This document shows, in pieces, positions 27,626-36,005 of a DNA stretch of 64,000 nucleotides. This DNA comes from a virus (lineage: Duplodnaviria > Heunggongvirae > Uroviricota > Caudoviricetes), in the IMG/VR virus record IMGVR_UViG_3300022555_000023, positions 8,095 to 72,094 of that record; one strand, 5' to 3'. The position numbers were made by a program, and so were the translations under genes. The notes beneath the pieces are model-generated. The model searched no databases. It was not told the origin of the DNA and saw nothing but the letters and a program-made list of their open reading frames with translations. Position 1 is the first letter of the stretch. Each line of letters opens with the position of its first letter.

Positions 27626-27840
27626 GTGGGCTCCTCCATCGCCTTGCGGTTGCTGTGCTGGTACTGAGCGAATGTATCGGCCAGCCAGTATGAGCGACTC
27701 GCCAAGCAGTCCACGCACACCAGGGTGATGCTGGCGTTCCCCGGCATGTTGGCCCGCGGATGCGGGATCTCGCCGTAGGTCGCCAGTCGCCACGTGCGAT
27801 GGCCGCAGAACAGCCTCTTCAAGAAGTGGATGATTCTCAT
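27622..27840 (-). CDS. hypothetical protein
   Basis: 72-aa ORF. Confidence 0.5.
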   Translation of the reverse strand: MRIIHFLKRLFCGHRTWRLATYGEIPHPRANMPGNASITLVCVDCLASRSYWLADTFAQYQHSNRKAMEEPT

Positions 27841-28082
27841 GGCTTCTCCGCCTTCATGCTGATCACGCAGAACGACTCGCTGCGGGAAATCTGGCCACCG
27901 TTCTGATAGTTGAACTTGTGGTACAAAATATGATGCCCCTGCCAGTCGAAGGTAGACCAGCCGTTGCCCACCTCGCGGACGTTCGTCGCTCCCGTGGGAA
28001 GGGTGTCACTGGTCGGGGCCACCGTGGTTTCGCCGCAGCCGATACATAAAACCAGCAGGGCTAGAGCTAGAAGTCGTTTCAT
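27837..28082 (-). CDS. lipoprotein
   Basis: AAGGAGGA SD, MKRLLALALLVLCIGCG lipobox. Confidence 0.7.
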   Translation of the reverse strand: MKRLLALALLVLCIGCGETTVAPTSDTLPTGATNVREVGNGWSTFDWQGHHILYHKFNYQNGGQISRSESFCVISMKAEKP

Positions 28083-28474
28083 GTTTGGATCCTCCTTCGC
28101 GTTGGGGTGGCAGGGGCCGCTGTTTGGCCCCACAGGCGGTCAAAGTCACTGGCCAGCCGTTCTATCGACCTGCGGGCGACGGGCTCACGTGCGGCCACAG
28201 GCGGCGTCACAGCGGGTCGTGACGGGGCCTGGGCTGGCGTTCGGGTAGTTAAGGCCGATACATCGGCCAGGGGCTTGTCCCAGGCGGGCAAACCGGCGTC
28301 TTCCTCGCCCCACGGCAAATGGCCGGGAGCCTCGCCGGTCTCGGACCTCGTGTACTGGCCGAACTTGTCCCGAACCATGACCACCGGCGGCCCAGACTTA
28401 TTTATGAGCCCGTGGAAGATGATCTCGGCAGTAGCTTGGTCGATGTCGTGCATGGTGCTTTCAATACTGGACAC
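28079..28474 (-). CDS. hypothetical protein ending in RRRIQT
   Basis: ..ATPTRRRIQT*. Here the tag codons CGA AGG AGG ATC CAA ACA double as the SD of the lipoprotein gene. Confidence 0.6.
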   Translation of the reverse strand: MSSIESTMHDIDQATAEIIFHGLINKSGPPVVMVRDKFGQYTRSETGEAPGHLPWGEEDAGLPAWDKPLADVSALTTRTPAQAPSRPAVTPPVAAREPVARRSIERLASDFDRLWGQTAAPATPTRRRIQT

Positions 28475-28617
28475 CGCTGCGGCGTATGATTATCCCAGGG
28501 CAGCCTCTCGTATTCACGATCTGGATGATGACAGGAGAACCCGCCGTGGCTGTCCAGGTTATGAACGCAGCCCCAGCAATACGGCCCATCGTCGCACTGC
28601 TTCGGTCCAACTTGCAT
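28402..28617 (-). CDS. Cys/His-rich small protein (71 aa)
   Basis: MQVGPKQCDDGPYCWGCVHN.., TGATG junction with 28617..28889. Its 3' end overlaps the next gene. Confidence 0.45.
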   Translation of the reverse strand: MQVGPKQCDDGPYCWGCVHNLDSHGGFSCHHPDREYERLPWDNHTPQRCPVLKAPCTTSTKLLPRSSSTGS

Positions 28618-28889
28618 CACCCGTCCTCCATCAGTCGCACGTTGTTTTCTTCCCACGGGCTTGGATCGTCGCTCCCGCCATGTTCCATCGGACAGCCTGG
28701 GCCGGCTGAGAATAGCTGGGCCGGTCGGCTGCTGATCGTGTCGCGGAACAGTTCGTCGGCACACTCACGGCAGTACATCATCTCGTGGCAGTGCGGCGTG
28801 ATGCCGGCTCGCGATAGCTTATCCATACGATTTGATGGATCGAATCTACACCGGCACGCTTTGCAGGTAGGCCGCAGGTCACTCATCAT
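28617..28889 (-). CDS. zinc-ribbon protein
   Basis: CKACRC..HCH..CREC, ATGA overlap with the upstream gene. Confidence 0.6.
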   Translation of the reverse strand: MMSDLRPTCKACRCRFDPSNRMDKLSRAGITPHCHEMMYCRECADELFRDTISSRPAQLFSAGPGCPMEHGGSDDPSPWEENNVRLMEDG

Positions 28890-29251
28890 AGCCCCTTCTG
28901 ATCACGCTCCAGTTTGATGCGGGGACTGTTCAAGTACCTGTGCATCTCACGCCACAGGCGGCGGGACTCATCGGTCAGCCATATTAGGTAGTCCAGTGGA
29001 ACAGCATCGATACGCTTACCCTCGTACTTCCCAAACCTCATGGTCGCCGTCTGGCCATAGGCTTTGGCCTCGACATCGTTCATGGGTACGGTCGCCGCAG
29101 TTCCCTGTTCCGGACGAACAGGTGCTGGTAGCCAGGGACTTATCAGTTCGCCTAAACGATTAGCAACAATACGACGACCGAGATCATTCATATCACTAAC
29201 TTCGCTAATGACCAAGGCTGCCAACTCGGATGCAACTTCACCTGGACTCAT
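28886..29251 (-). CDS. DUF3820-like protein
   Basis: MRFGKYEGKRIDAVPLDYLIWL signature. The N-terminal 42 aa are paralogous to 30046..30177. Confidence 0.6.
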   Translation of the reverse strand: MSPGEVASELAALVISEVSDMNDLGRRIVANRLGELISPWLPAPVRPEQGTAATVPMNDVEAKAYGQTATMRFGKYEGKRIDAVPLDYLIWLTDESRRLWREMHRYLNSPRIKLERDQKGL

Positions 29252-29793
29252 TTAGGTTGATTCCTTACTAAATTCCGTTCCACAATCGCCTCTGCAACTC
29301 GAAGTAAAGGCCCCTCACCCCAGACACCCATAGCGTTATTCACTAGTAACCAAACAATTCTAATGTTACCCTGAACGTAACCACACGATGGATCAATACG
29401 ATCTAACGACATCTTTCCGTAGTCAGTAGTTTGCTCAAACGGCATAGCCGTTATAGCACAAACACCGCCCTGTAAATCATAAACCTGACGCAGGTATTCT
29501 AGCGATATGTTGCAATCCAGGTTACGTCTGGCACTACGAGCACGTGCGTTTCGCATCATACACTCTAACGCTATGGAAACATCTACGTGACGACGATCTC
29601 GATGCTTGCGTTGACTCTTGCCAATTATCGCCCTTGCCTTGTCTGGATCATTCTTCCAAAGTTCTGCCCATCTTTTTGCACTACGCATATTTATAGATTC
29701 ACGATTCCGTAGGTAACACTGGCGATTTGTGTACCTCTTTCTAGCCTTCCTAATTTCTTCAGGACTTGTTTGAATTCGTCGTCGTTCTAGCAT
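29248..29793 (-). CDS. HNH homing endonuclease, N-terminal ERRRIQT
   Basis: TAAGGAGC SD before ATG 29793 (MLERRRIQT). ..SLDRIDPSCGYVQGNIRIVWLLVNNAMG. Locally AT-richer than its surroundings. Confidence 0.75.
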   Translation of the reverse strand: MLERRRIQTSPEEIRKARKRYTNRQCYLRNRESINMRSAKRWAELWKNDPDKARAIIGKSQRKHRDRRHVDVSIALECMMRNARARSARRNLDCNISLEYLRQVYDLQGGVCAITAMPFEQTTDYGKMSLDRIDPSCGYVQGNIRIVWLLVNNAMGVWGEGPLLRVAEAIVERNLVRNQPK

Positions 29794-29926
29794 GGCGATG
29801 CTCCTTATGCAGTCCGCCAGAGGCCCTGGAGCATCGCCAAACGCAGACAGGGCGTGGCGGACATGATTTGGGCATTGGCGATGCTCGACTAGACTCATGG
29901 TACATTAAACCACAGCCGATAGCAAC

Positions 29927-30177
29927 TCACGGCTTCACCTTCGCTTTCGCCGCCTTCTCCCGCATCGCCGCGGTCGCCCGCAGGAACGCCTCGGCGTAGT
30001 CAAGCTGGCCCTGAACGTAGCCGTCGTGCCAGTCCTGCGAAGAGTTTACATCAGGAAGGGCTGGATGACCTCGGCGAGCCTATTGGCCACAATACGCCGA
30101 CCAAGGTCGTCCATACCCTTCACCTCATCGTTGAGGATGGCTACAAGCTCGGCTGCGACTTCTGCTGGGCTGTTCAT
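29927..30177 (-). pseudogene. frameshifted paralogue of the 5' part of 28886..29251
   Basis: The 43-aa ORF 30046..30177 (MNSPAEVAAELVAILNDEVKGMDDLGRRIVANRLAEVIQPFLM*) is about 60 percent identical to the N-terminus of 28886..29251. Similarity (LPDVN vs LPAPV) continues in another frame down to stop 29927. Confidence 0.5.
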
Positions 30178-30410
30178 GGCATGTGTCCGAAATAGCGGCT
30201 AACCGCGGTATATGATGCTTCGCCGTAGCACACGTGCATCCAAATGGCAGCAGCGATCCACCGAGGCAATTGTGCCCAAGATTTATCCCATTGATAGAGT
30301 GCCCAACTAATCGTTGACCACCCAAAGTAAAACGCCAAAGCATCGTATCCCACGGACAGAACGACCGCCGTGCAACAGATGCTCGCTAGTATGATCGATA
30401 GCGTGCTCAT
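30174..30410 (-). CDS. membrane protein
   Basis: Two or three hydrophobic helices, ATGA overlap downstream. Confidence 0.6.
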   Translation of the reverse strand: MSTLSIILASICCTAVVLSVGYDALAFYFGWSTISWALYQWDKSWAQLPRWIAAAIWMHVCYGEASYTAVSRYFGHMP

Positions 30411-30463
30411 GTTTGTTAACCTCCTACGTTCAGGTTAACAGTCATCCGCAAGCCGTGCAAGGC

Positions 30464-31177
30464 TTACGGCATCGTTGTCATTCTCCGTTTGCTCATGAGC
30501 TTGGTGTAGACATGCTGGAGGCCACCCTGCACCTCGGCGAAGAACTCATCGTCGGCATCGCAGCGGTCCAGAAGCTCCTCCAGCCAGGCGTTGGCCCACT
30601 TCGTGATCTTCTTGCGGCTACCCTCGGCCACCTCTTCCAGTTCAGCCACCTTCTTCTTCAGGTCGGTGATGGTTTTCTCGTGCAGGCCGATGAGCTTCAC
30701 CAGTTGCAAGGCTTCGGGCTTGTCTGTGTCGCAGCCCCACACCAGGGCATGGATGATATCCCGCAAATCCGGGTAACCTTCGCCCTTAACGCCGGTAGCC
30801 TTGACGACGATGTTGCAGCACGCGATGTTCTTCGCCACCAGCATCTCGGCCAGTTCCTTCACGCCCGTGCCGGGCGGGACGTCCTTCGGGTTGAGGTGAT
30901 GCTCCATGATCGCCTTCGCCCGGTACATGGCCTCGACGCTACAGTGCTTGGCCGCGGCCAACTGCTCGTTCGCCTTGTCGAGTTCCATGCCACGCAGGTT
31001 GGACTCGAAGCTGTGATGATCTTTCAGGCGTTCGGCGTTCTTCAAACGAGACATCACCGCTTTGGCGGCGTCCACGATGTCGACGATGCTGTCGTCAGGC
31101 TCGGGTATCAGAACGTCCCGCACCTCCTTCAGTATCTTGGAAAGGTCGTGGGCCGGTCCTACGCTACTATCGCTCAT
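30464..31177 (-). CDS. hypothetical helical protein
   Basis: 237-aa ORF with AAGGAGAA SD. Confidence 0.7.
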   Translation of the reverse strand: MSDSSVGPAHDLSKILKEVRDVLIPEPDDSIVDIVDAAKAVMSRLKNAERLKDHHSFESNLRGMELDKANEQLAAAKHCSVEAMYRAKAIMEHHLNPKDVPPGTGVKELAEMLVAKNIACCNIVVKATGVKGEGYPDLRDIIHALVWGCDTDKPEALQLVKLIGLHEKTITDLKKKVAELEEVAEGSRKKITKWANAWLEELLDRCDADDEFFAEVQGGLQHVYTKLMSKRRMTTMP

Positions 31178-31199
31178 GGTTTGTTCTCCTTATGCTGTA

Positions 31200-31207
31200 C
31201 CAGACAC
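31200..31207 (-). promoter_or_regulatory. GTGTCTGG junction motif
   Basis: 22 nt upstream of ATG 31177, just after two hairpins. Confidence 0.5.
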
Positions 31208-31223
31208 ATGCTAAATGAGGGCA

Positions 31224-31250
31224 GGGAGTAGAACGTGAGATACTACTCCC
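31224..31250 (-). terminator. 8-bp stem hairpin GGGAGTAG/CTACTCCC
   Basis: Lies after the stop of 31284..32711. A second hairpin GCGAAT/ATTCGC sits at 31262..31276. No clear U-tract. Confidence 0.4.
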
Positions 31251-31283
31251 CTGACAATGCTGCGAATACAATTCGCGGCTTGT

Positions 31284-32711
31284 TTACTTCACGGCCTCGG
31301 CGGTCTTGACCGCAGCCTTGGCCTTCGCGGGCGGCACGTCCGCTGTGGGCATCGACAATAGCATGGTTGGCCCTGCACCGCTGCTGCCGTTCATTAGGTA
31401 CACCGGCATGCGGCCATCCCAGGTCTCCAGCATGCGGCTCTGGATTTCAAGCTGCTTCAGCATCAGGTACGCCTGCGGGTTCTCCTGAAGTTTCTGTAGC
31501 TCATACGCCTTGGCGTCGGCGACAGCCTGGATGCCCTTGGCTTCGCCCTGCTTGATGGCCAGCACCTTGGCTGCCTCGCCCTCGCCCACGGCCTGCAAAG
31601 CCTTCTTACGCTCCGTGGCGGCTTCCTGTTCGGCCTTGGCGACGTTCTTGTCCTGCTGCTGCTGGAAGACCTTGTCAATGGATGTCTGGATGTTAGGATT
31701 TGCGTAGGTCAAACCACCCTTCATACCAATGCTTGTGATGGTAATTCCTCGCTCGACGAAGTACTTCTGAGCCTCGTCTCGCATCGCCTTCAGGAACTCG
31801 GTCTTCCTATTGCGACCTTCATCCATCGTGTACTTGGCCGCCTCGTCGGAGAAAACCCGCTGGAGAACGGCTCGCACCTCGGTATCCATGACGTCTTCAA
31901 GCCCTACGGTCTTAACGACGTAGTCATCCTTGTATCCGCCGCCCGCCTTGATGACCCTATCCTTGTTCGCCGGATAGTTGAAGAAGAACTTAACCGCGTC
32001 TTCCTCAGTCAGAATACGGGCAACGATGGAGATGCCGCAGGAGAAGTTCACCGAATCACTGGACTCGACGTCAATGGCCTGGTCCCTGAACGACGTTCCT
32101 GTGTGCGGGGCTGCGGTCCACTCTCGCGTACATGGAACGCGATCTACAATGAAAACCTGAGCGTCGGGGATAAACTTGCCGTTGTTCCAACCATGACCCA
32201 TGTCCTGCCAGCGGTACGGAATAAGGATGCGCTTCGACTGCACCCAGGGTTTGCCCTCGGCAGTCTGCTGAATGAACATCTGCGTGGTCTTCGTCGCCGT
32301 TTGCTTGCTGTTGTCCTCCTTCTTCACCATGAATGCCGTCTCGGAATTACCGACATCGACGAAGACCGGAGTATCGTAGGGCGACTGACACCCACCGACA
32401 AGCAATAGCAGCAACAACGCTGGTGACATACTGGTCGCAAAGGTTTTGCCCGCCTTCGTGGCGCGCTTCAGTTCGGGCATGAAGGTCAGCAAGGTCAGCA
32501 GGGAGAACGAAGTCCAGATGATCGTGCCTGGGTACTGCTTGGCGACTTGCCAGAATCGCATGTTCTGCTGCTCATGCCGGGAGCGACTGTGATCAAGCTG
32601 GTTGTAAGCCATTTGGTCGTTCACCTCCGGAACGACAGCGTAGTGCCAGTAGCTGTGAGCCACCAATGCAGCCACGAACATGAATCCTATCAGAAACACT
32701 TTTGCAAACAT
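31284..32711 (-). CDS. SPFH/band-7 (prohibitin/HflK-like) membrane protein
   Basis: N-terminal transmembrane helices and an internal lipobox-like LLLLLVGGC. The SPFH core and Ala/Glu/Lys-rich coiled coil (..QQQDKNVAKAEQEAATERKKAL..) are typical of the family. Confidence 0.8.
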   Translation of the reverse strand: MFAKVFLIGFMFVAALVAHSYWHYAVVPEVNDQMAYNQLDHSRSRHEQQNMRFWQVAKQYPGTIIWTSFSLLTLLTFMPELKRATKAGKTFATSMSPALLLLLLVGGCQSPYDTPVFVDVGNSETAFMVKKEDNSKQTATKTTQMFIQQTAEGKPWVQSKRILIPYRWQDMGHGWNNGKFIPDAQVFIVDRVPCTREWTAAPHTGTSFRDQAIDVESSDSVNFSCGISIVARILTEEDAVKFFFNYPANKDRVIKAGGGYKDDYVVKTVGLEDVMDTEVRAVLQRVFSDEAAKYTMDEGRNRKTEFLKAMRDEAQKYFVERGITITSIGMKGGLTYANPNIQTSIDKVFQQQQDKNVAKAEQEAATERKKALQAVGEGEAAKVLAIKQGEAKGIQAVADAKAYELQKLQENPQAYLMLKQLEIQSRMLETWDGRMPVYLMNGSSGAGPTMLLSMPTADVPPAKAKAAVKTAEAVK

Positions 32712-32753
32712 AAATCACCTCCGGGTCTAGAAATAGGGTAAAACGTCATTGAG

Positions 32754-32789
32754 CATCCAGACACGTCGGGTTCGTATGACGCCTGGATG
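32754..32789 (-). promoter_or_regulatory. hairpin CAUCCAG-G-CGUC/GACG-UGU-CUGGAUG containing the junction motif
   Basis: Imperfect inverted repeat read from the sequence, between lipoprotein stop 32792 and SPFH start 32711. Confidence 0.5.
32757..32764 (-). promoter_or_regulatory. GTGTCTGG junction motif
   Basis: 45 nt upstream of ATG 32711. Forms the 3' arm of the hairpin. Confidence 0.5.
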
Positions 32790-32791
32790 AT

Positions 32792-32938
32792 TTAGCGAGC
32801 CACCTCAACTGCGACGGTGGTCGCTACGATATCGGGGTGGCCGTCCTGATGAGTGTCGGTGATCGCGTACCGCGTCACCACCTTCGATCCTGCACAACCC
32901 GCACATACTAACAGAACCAGAATAGCTACGATCCGCAT
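32792..32938 (-). CDS. small lipoprotein (48 aa)
   Basis: Below the ORF-track cutoff. MRIVAILVLLVCAGCAG lipobox. Confidence 0.55.
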   Translation of the reverse strand: MRIVAILVLLVCAGCAGSKVVTRYAITDTHQDGHPDIVATTVAVEVAR

Positions 32939-32968
32939 GATATCATCCTTGACTCTAGGGTTTGTAAT

Positions 32969-33385
32969 CTACTCGCACACTGGTTTGATTCGGCTGCCCG
33001 GCACGTTGTTCTTGAGGCACGCGGGACACAGCACCGGGTCTTCGGTCTGCCAGCCCTTGGCCTCGTGGTCGTCCTTGCGTTGCAGGCGGGTGCAGTAATG
33101 GCACTGGAGGCGTTGCGGCTTCCCACGTCGCACACGCAGGCCCGACAGTGGCATACCTGCGGCGGCCATAGCCAGTAGCGGCGAGAAGGACATCGGGCGT
33201 CGTTTTACGGGCATGCCGGTCTTGGGCGGGCCTGCTATCTGTACCATAACGGCGTCTTTGCCAGTCTCGTCCTTCACCACCTGCATGGCATCTTCCAGGT
33301 TGGCGGGCGGTATGCTGCTGTCGGAAGTATTCACAATAATCGTTCCTCCATTATTGATGATGTCGCGTAAGCGTTCTTTGTCCAT
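32969..33385 (-). CDS. hypothetical protein
   Basis: 138-aa ORF, C-terminal CHYC..CPAC. Confidence 0.6.
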   Translation of the reverse strand: MDKERLRDIINNGGTIIVNTSDSSIPPANLEDAMQVVKDETGKDAVMVQIAGPPKTGMPVKRRPMSFSPLLAMAAAGMPLSGLRVRRGKPQRLQCHYCTRLQRKDDHEAKGWQTEDPVLCPACLKNNVPGSRIKPVCE

Positions 33386-33428
33386 TGGTCACCGTACTAA
33401 GTTGAAGCAGTGGTCGTTCAGCCGTACC

Positions 33429-33626
33429 TTATCTCCTGGTTTCACGTTTGTCCCGCACTAGACGCCGGCGGTCGGTCGAAACTGGATCGGCCTTGCGTCG
33501 TTCTTTGGCCCTGGTGGCTCGACGGGCGTCCCGCCACCATACCATACGATGATACGTTACGTCTATAAACACCACCAGCAGTAGACCCAGGCCACCACCT
33601 ATCATCACGCACATGATCTCACGCAT
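33429..33626 (-). CDS. small membrane protein
   Basis: MCVMIGGGLGLLLVVFIDV transmembrane helix. Confidence 0.55.
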   Translation of the reverse strand: MREIMCVMIGGGLGLLLVVFIDVTYHRMVWWRDARRATRAKERRKADPVSTDRRRLVRDKRETRR

Positions 33627-34609
33627 TACAGTTCTCCCGTGGACTGAATCCTTCGTCGCACGACGGTTCGCTTGCCGCGTGTAATCTTTCTTCGTTTGAC
33701 TGGTTCCGGACCAAGACGGTTCAACGTCCAGCCGACCGGCAGGACGATGCCATGCTCGGTTTCTCTGTCCATCAGGCCGGCAAGTATCGTGATAGCCAGT
33801 TGGCTGTTGCTGACAACTCGGCTGCCCTGGCGAGACTCACCGGGCGGGTATGTCAGCACCCATATCACGCGGTCGGTATTTGCCTCGACGTGGGCAATAA
33901 TACGTTGTTCAGCATTAACGAACGTTCGCGGCAGCGTGTAGCCCACGGGAAGCCGCTGGACGTTCGGCTCGGCGGGCGTCACCTGGCTGTGGGATCGCAG
34001 TCGTCGCAGATCGGCTTCTGTAATATAGGGCTGATGTTGCTGCTCAACTGCTGCTTCCAGTCGGCGTATAAACTCCGCTCGCGGTACGTCACCACGACCG
34101 AAAAGGTTGCTGAATGACATCGCGTCAGCGTGTGCGCTCGAATAGTTACTGTCCTGCGTCAGCAAGCTGCCCGGTATTCCCAGCGACTCATTAGCCCGCC
34201 GTGCGGCGTCGGTGGTAACAGCGGCTATGGCCTCGGGCGTCGGTGGTGGCGGTGTTGGCCCCAAGCGATGCTGTCGCCGCTCGGGTGGCCGGGCTCCATA
34301 CATAGGCGGAATATCCAGTCGGGATCCACGTCGACGGGCTTCGATGATGTTGGCCGCATGACCGTAGTCCTCACGGTTCCGCTGCGGGTAGAGATGAATA
34401 ATACTGTCAGTATCACTAATCTGCTGACCAAACGGCAGCCCTTCCTGAATAACGATGTATTCTCCGGTTCGCAGGCCGTAGAGGGACACAAGGTGCATGG
34501 CGTCGATGAAATGGCGGTCGCCGTCAGACATGCTGGTGACGTAGCCGGGATGCACTGCGTACCGCGGCCCGTTCATCGGTTCAGGATTGTTTGGGTTCTG
34601 CTGTGGCAT
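33626..34609 (-). CDS. hypothetical protein, YPPG-domain paralogue with C-terminal RRRIQS tag
   Basis: ..VIWVLTYPPGESRQGSRVVSNSQLAITILAGL.. and ..VVRRRIQSTGEL*. Paralogous to 37026..37583. Confidence 0.7.
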   Translation of the reverse strand: MPQQNPNNPEPMNGPRYAVHPGYVTSMSDGDRHFIDAMHLVSLYGLRTGEYIVIQEGLPFGQQISDTDSIIHLYPQRNREDYGHAANIIEARRRGSRLDIPPMYGARPPERRQHRLGPTPPPPTPEAIAAVTTDAARRANESLGIPGSLLTQDSNYSSAHADAMSFSNLFGRGDVPRAEFIRRLEAAVEQQHQPYITEADLRRLRSHSQVTPAEPNVQRLPVGYTLPRTFVNAEQRIIAHVEANTDRVIWVLTYPPGESRQGSRVVSNSQLAITILAGLMDRETEHGIVLPVGWTLNRLGPEPVKRRKITRGKRTVVRRRIQSTGEL

Positions 34610-34764
34610 GACGCTAAGCTCCTACCTTCGACGCGAAAGATCACTGCCCCGCACCCAGGTTAGTCCGCCACCTCGATGATTTCCGTTGTGTCCTTGCCAG
34701 TACGAGCATCGACAGCCGCGACACTCTTCTGGACACGGGCCGAACAGCCATCGTAAGAGTCTCT

Positions 34765-35175
34765 TCACGGCTTCACCGCAATCTGTCGTTCCAATTCGTG
34801 GATACGGGCCTGGGCCTGCCGGTACAGCTCAACCGGCACGGTCGTGGGGTCGACCTTCACCGCCCGGTTCTGGAGACGCTGAATGGCTCGCAGATCTTCC
34901 AGGCTTTTGTCGCGGCGACGATTGAGAATGGCACGAAGCTGAAAGTTCTCATCCTTGATCTCCTCCAGAGCCTCGACCAAGGGTATGCCGCCGTACTGCA
35001 AGGTCACGCCCGCCAGGAGCCCTTCCAGTTCCTCGATGCGGTTACGGGCGGCCTGAGCCATCTCGGAGCAGTGTGCCCCGTACAACGGCCCCTTGCGGGC
35101 GATCTCGGCCAGGGCTTGCAAGAGAAGTTCGTTAGCTTCATCTACCGGATCGGCATTGTCGATGGGCGGTTCCAC
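34765..35175 (-). CDS. hypothetical coiled-coil protein
   Basis: Start moved to GTG 35175 (AAGGAGA SD). Confidence 0.55.
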   Translation of the reverse strand: MEPPIDNADPVDEANELLLQALAEIARKGPLYGAHCSEMAQAARNRIEELEGLLAGVTLQYGGIPLVEALEEIKDENFQLRAILNRRRDKSLEDLRAIQRLQNRAVKVDPTTVPVELYRQAQARIHELERQIAVKP

Positions 35176-35255
35176 GGCGTTTCTCCTTTTGGGCCAGCAC
35201 ACGGCGGCCACGTTCGGTAATCGTGATGCTGCAGTATCGTCGCCGCACCCACCGT

Positions 35256-35693
35256 TTAACCAGACACTGCACTTCTATCACGGTAATGTACTTTGCGATG
35301 ACAGTTTGAACAAAGCACTATGCACTTCCGAACCTCGGCTATGATTAGATCAATGGGAACACTAGTATTTATCATGTGCCTAACGCTATCAACTTTCTCG
35401 CCAGTAACATGATGAAAATCTAAACACGCAATATGCGTTTCCCCACACGAGCATCTATCAACACCGAGCACAGCAAGTAGACGTAACTTCATGTTCTCGC
35501 TACGCTTCCGATAACGTATACGACATGATTCCCGTGCATAGCTCGTTCTTACATAAATCCTCGCAGCCTCTCTTCGGCATGATAGACACGTGGATACGGG
35601 CCGACCGCGTGACATACAGAAGTTGCCCGTAATCGGTTTAGTGTACCCACATTTAGCACATCGCTTCGTTGCTATTTTCTGTCGTTCAACCAC
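35256..35693 (-). CDS. HNH homing endonuclease
   Basis: CSCGE..LDFHHV..N..CSNCHRKVH. N-terminus MVERQKIAT. AT-richer than its flanks. Confidence 0.8.
   Translation of the reverse strand: MVERQKIATKRCAKCGYTKPITGNFCMSRGRPVSTCLSCRREAARIYVRTSYARESCRIRYRKRSENMKLRLLAVLGVDRCSCGETHIACLDFHHVTGEKVDSVRHMINTSVPIDLIIAEVRKCIVLCSNCHRKVHYRDRSAVSG
35260..35267 (-). promoter_or_regulatory. GTGTCTGG junction motif
   Basis: Overlaps the last codons and stop of HNH gene 35256..35693. Confidence 0.5.
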
Positions 35694-35715
35694 GACTGTT
35701 CTCCAAACGCCGCCC

Positions 35716-35760
35716 GCCCCACCAGCAGAAGTAGCCGCGAAGTTAGATCGCTGGTGGGGC
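35716..35760 (-). terminator. perfect 11-bp stem hairpin GCCCCACCAGC/GCTGGTGGGGC
   Basis: Read from the sequence, 23-nt loop, about 20 nt upstream of the HNH start. Confidence 0.4.
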
Positions 35761-35822
35761 GTTTGGCGTGTACGGGAGTTCGCGGCTACCGTCGAGTTAA
35801 CAACTCAGTATAGCTTATCATA

Positions 35823-36005
35823 TCAAACAGTACAACACATATCCACGGTTCGGCGTTGCAGCAACTCATCCAGACACCGCGACTCAAATCGAGACACCCG
35901 TATCATCTGCCTGAATCGCAGTCCGTAGACACTGTCCCAGATATAGGCCATGTCCCAGCCGTACTTGGCCGTATCCCGCAGGATTTGTAGCTGCCGGCGG
36001 GTCAT
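35823..36005 (-). CDS. small hypothetical protein
   Basis: 60-aa ORF, MTRRQLQIL.., 4-nt overlap with the epimerase stop. Confidence 0.45.
   Translation of the reverse strand: MTRRQLQILRDTAKYGWDMAYIWDSVYGLRFRQMIRVSRFESRCLDELLQRRTVDMCCTV
35870..35877 (-). promoter_or_regulatory. GTGTCTGG junction motif
   Basis: In or near small ORF 35823..36005. Degenerate copy GTGTCTCG at 35890..35897. Confidence 0.4.

Noticed and set aside
34660-34764. A 35-codon open extension in frame after the TGA stop of 34765..35175 (..VQKSVAAVDARTGKDTTEIIEVAD*), possible readthrough
   Set aside because: An open run of this length after a stop is not improbable in GC-rich sequence. There is no recoding signal I can recognise and no internal start codon.
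35750-35757. GCTGGTGG (the E. coli Chi sequence) in both arms of the 35716..35760 hairpin
   Set aside because: A single locus, explained by the inverted repeat itself. The host is unknown, so no Chi inference is justified.
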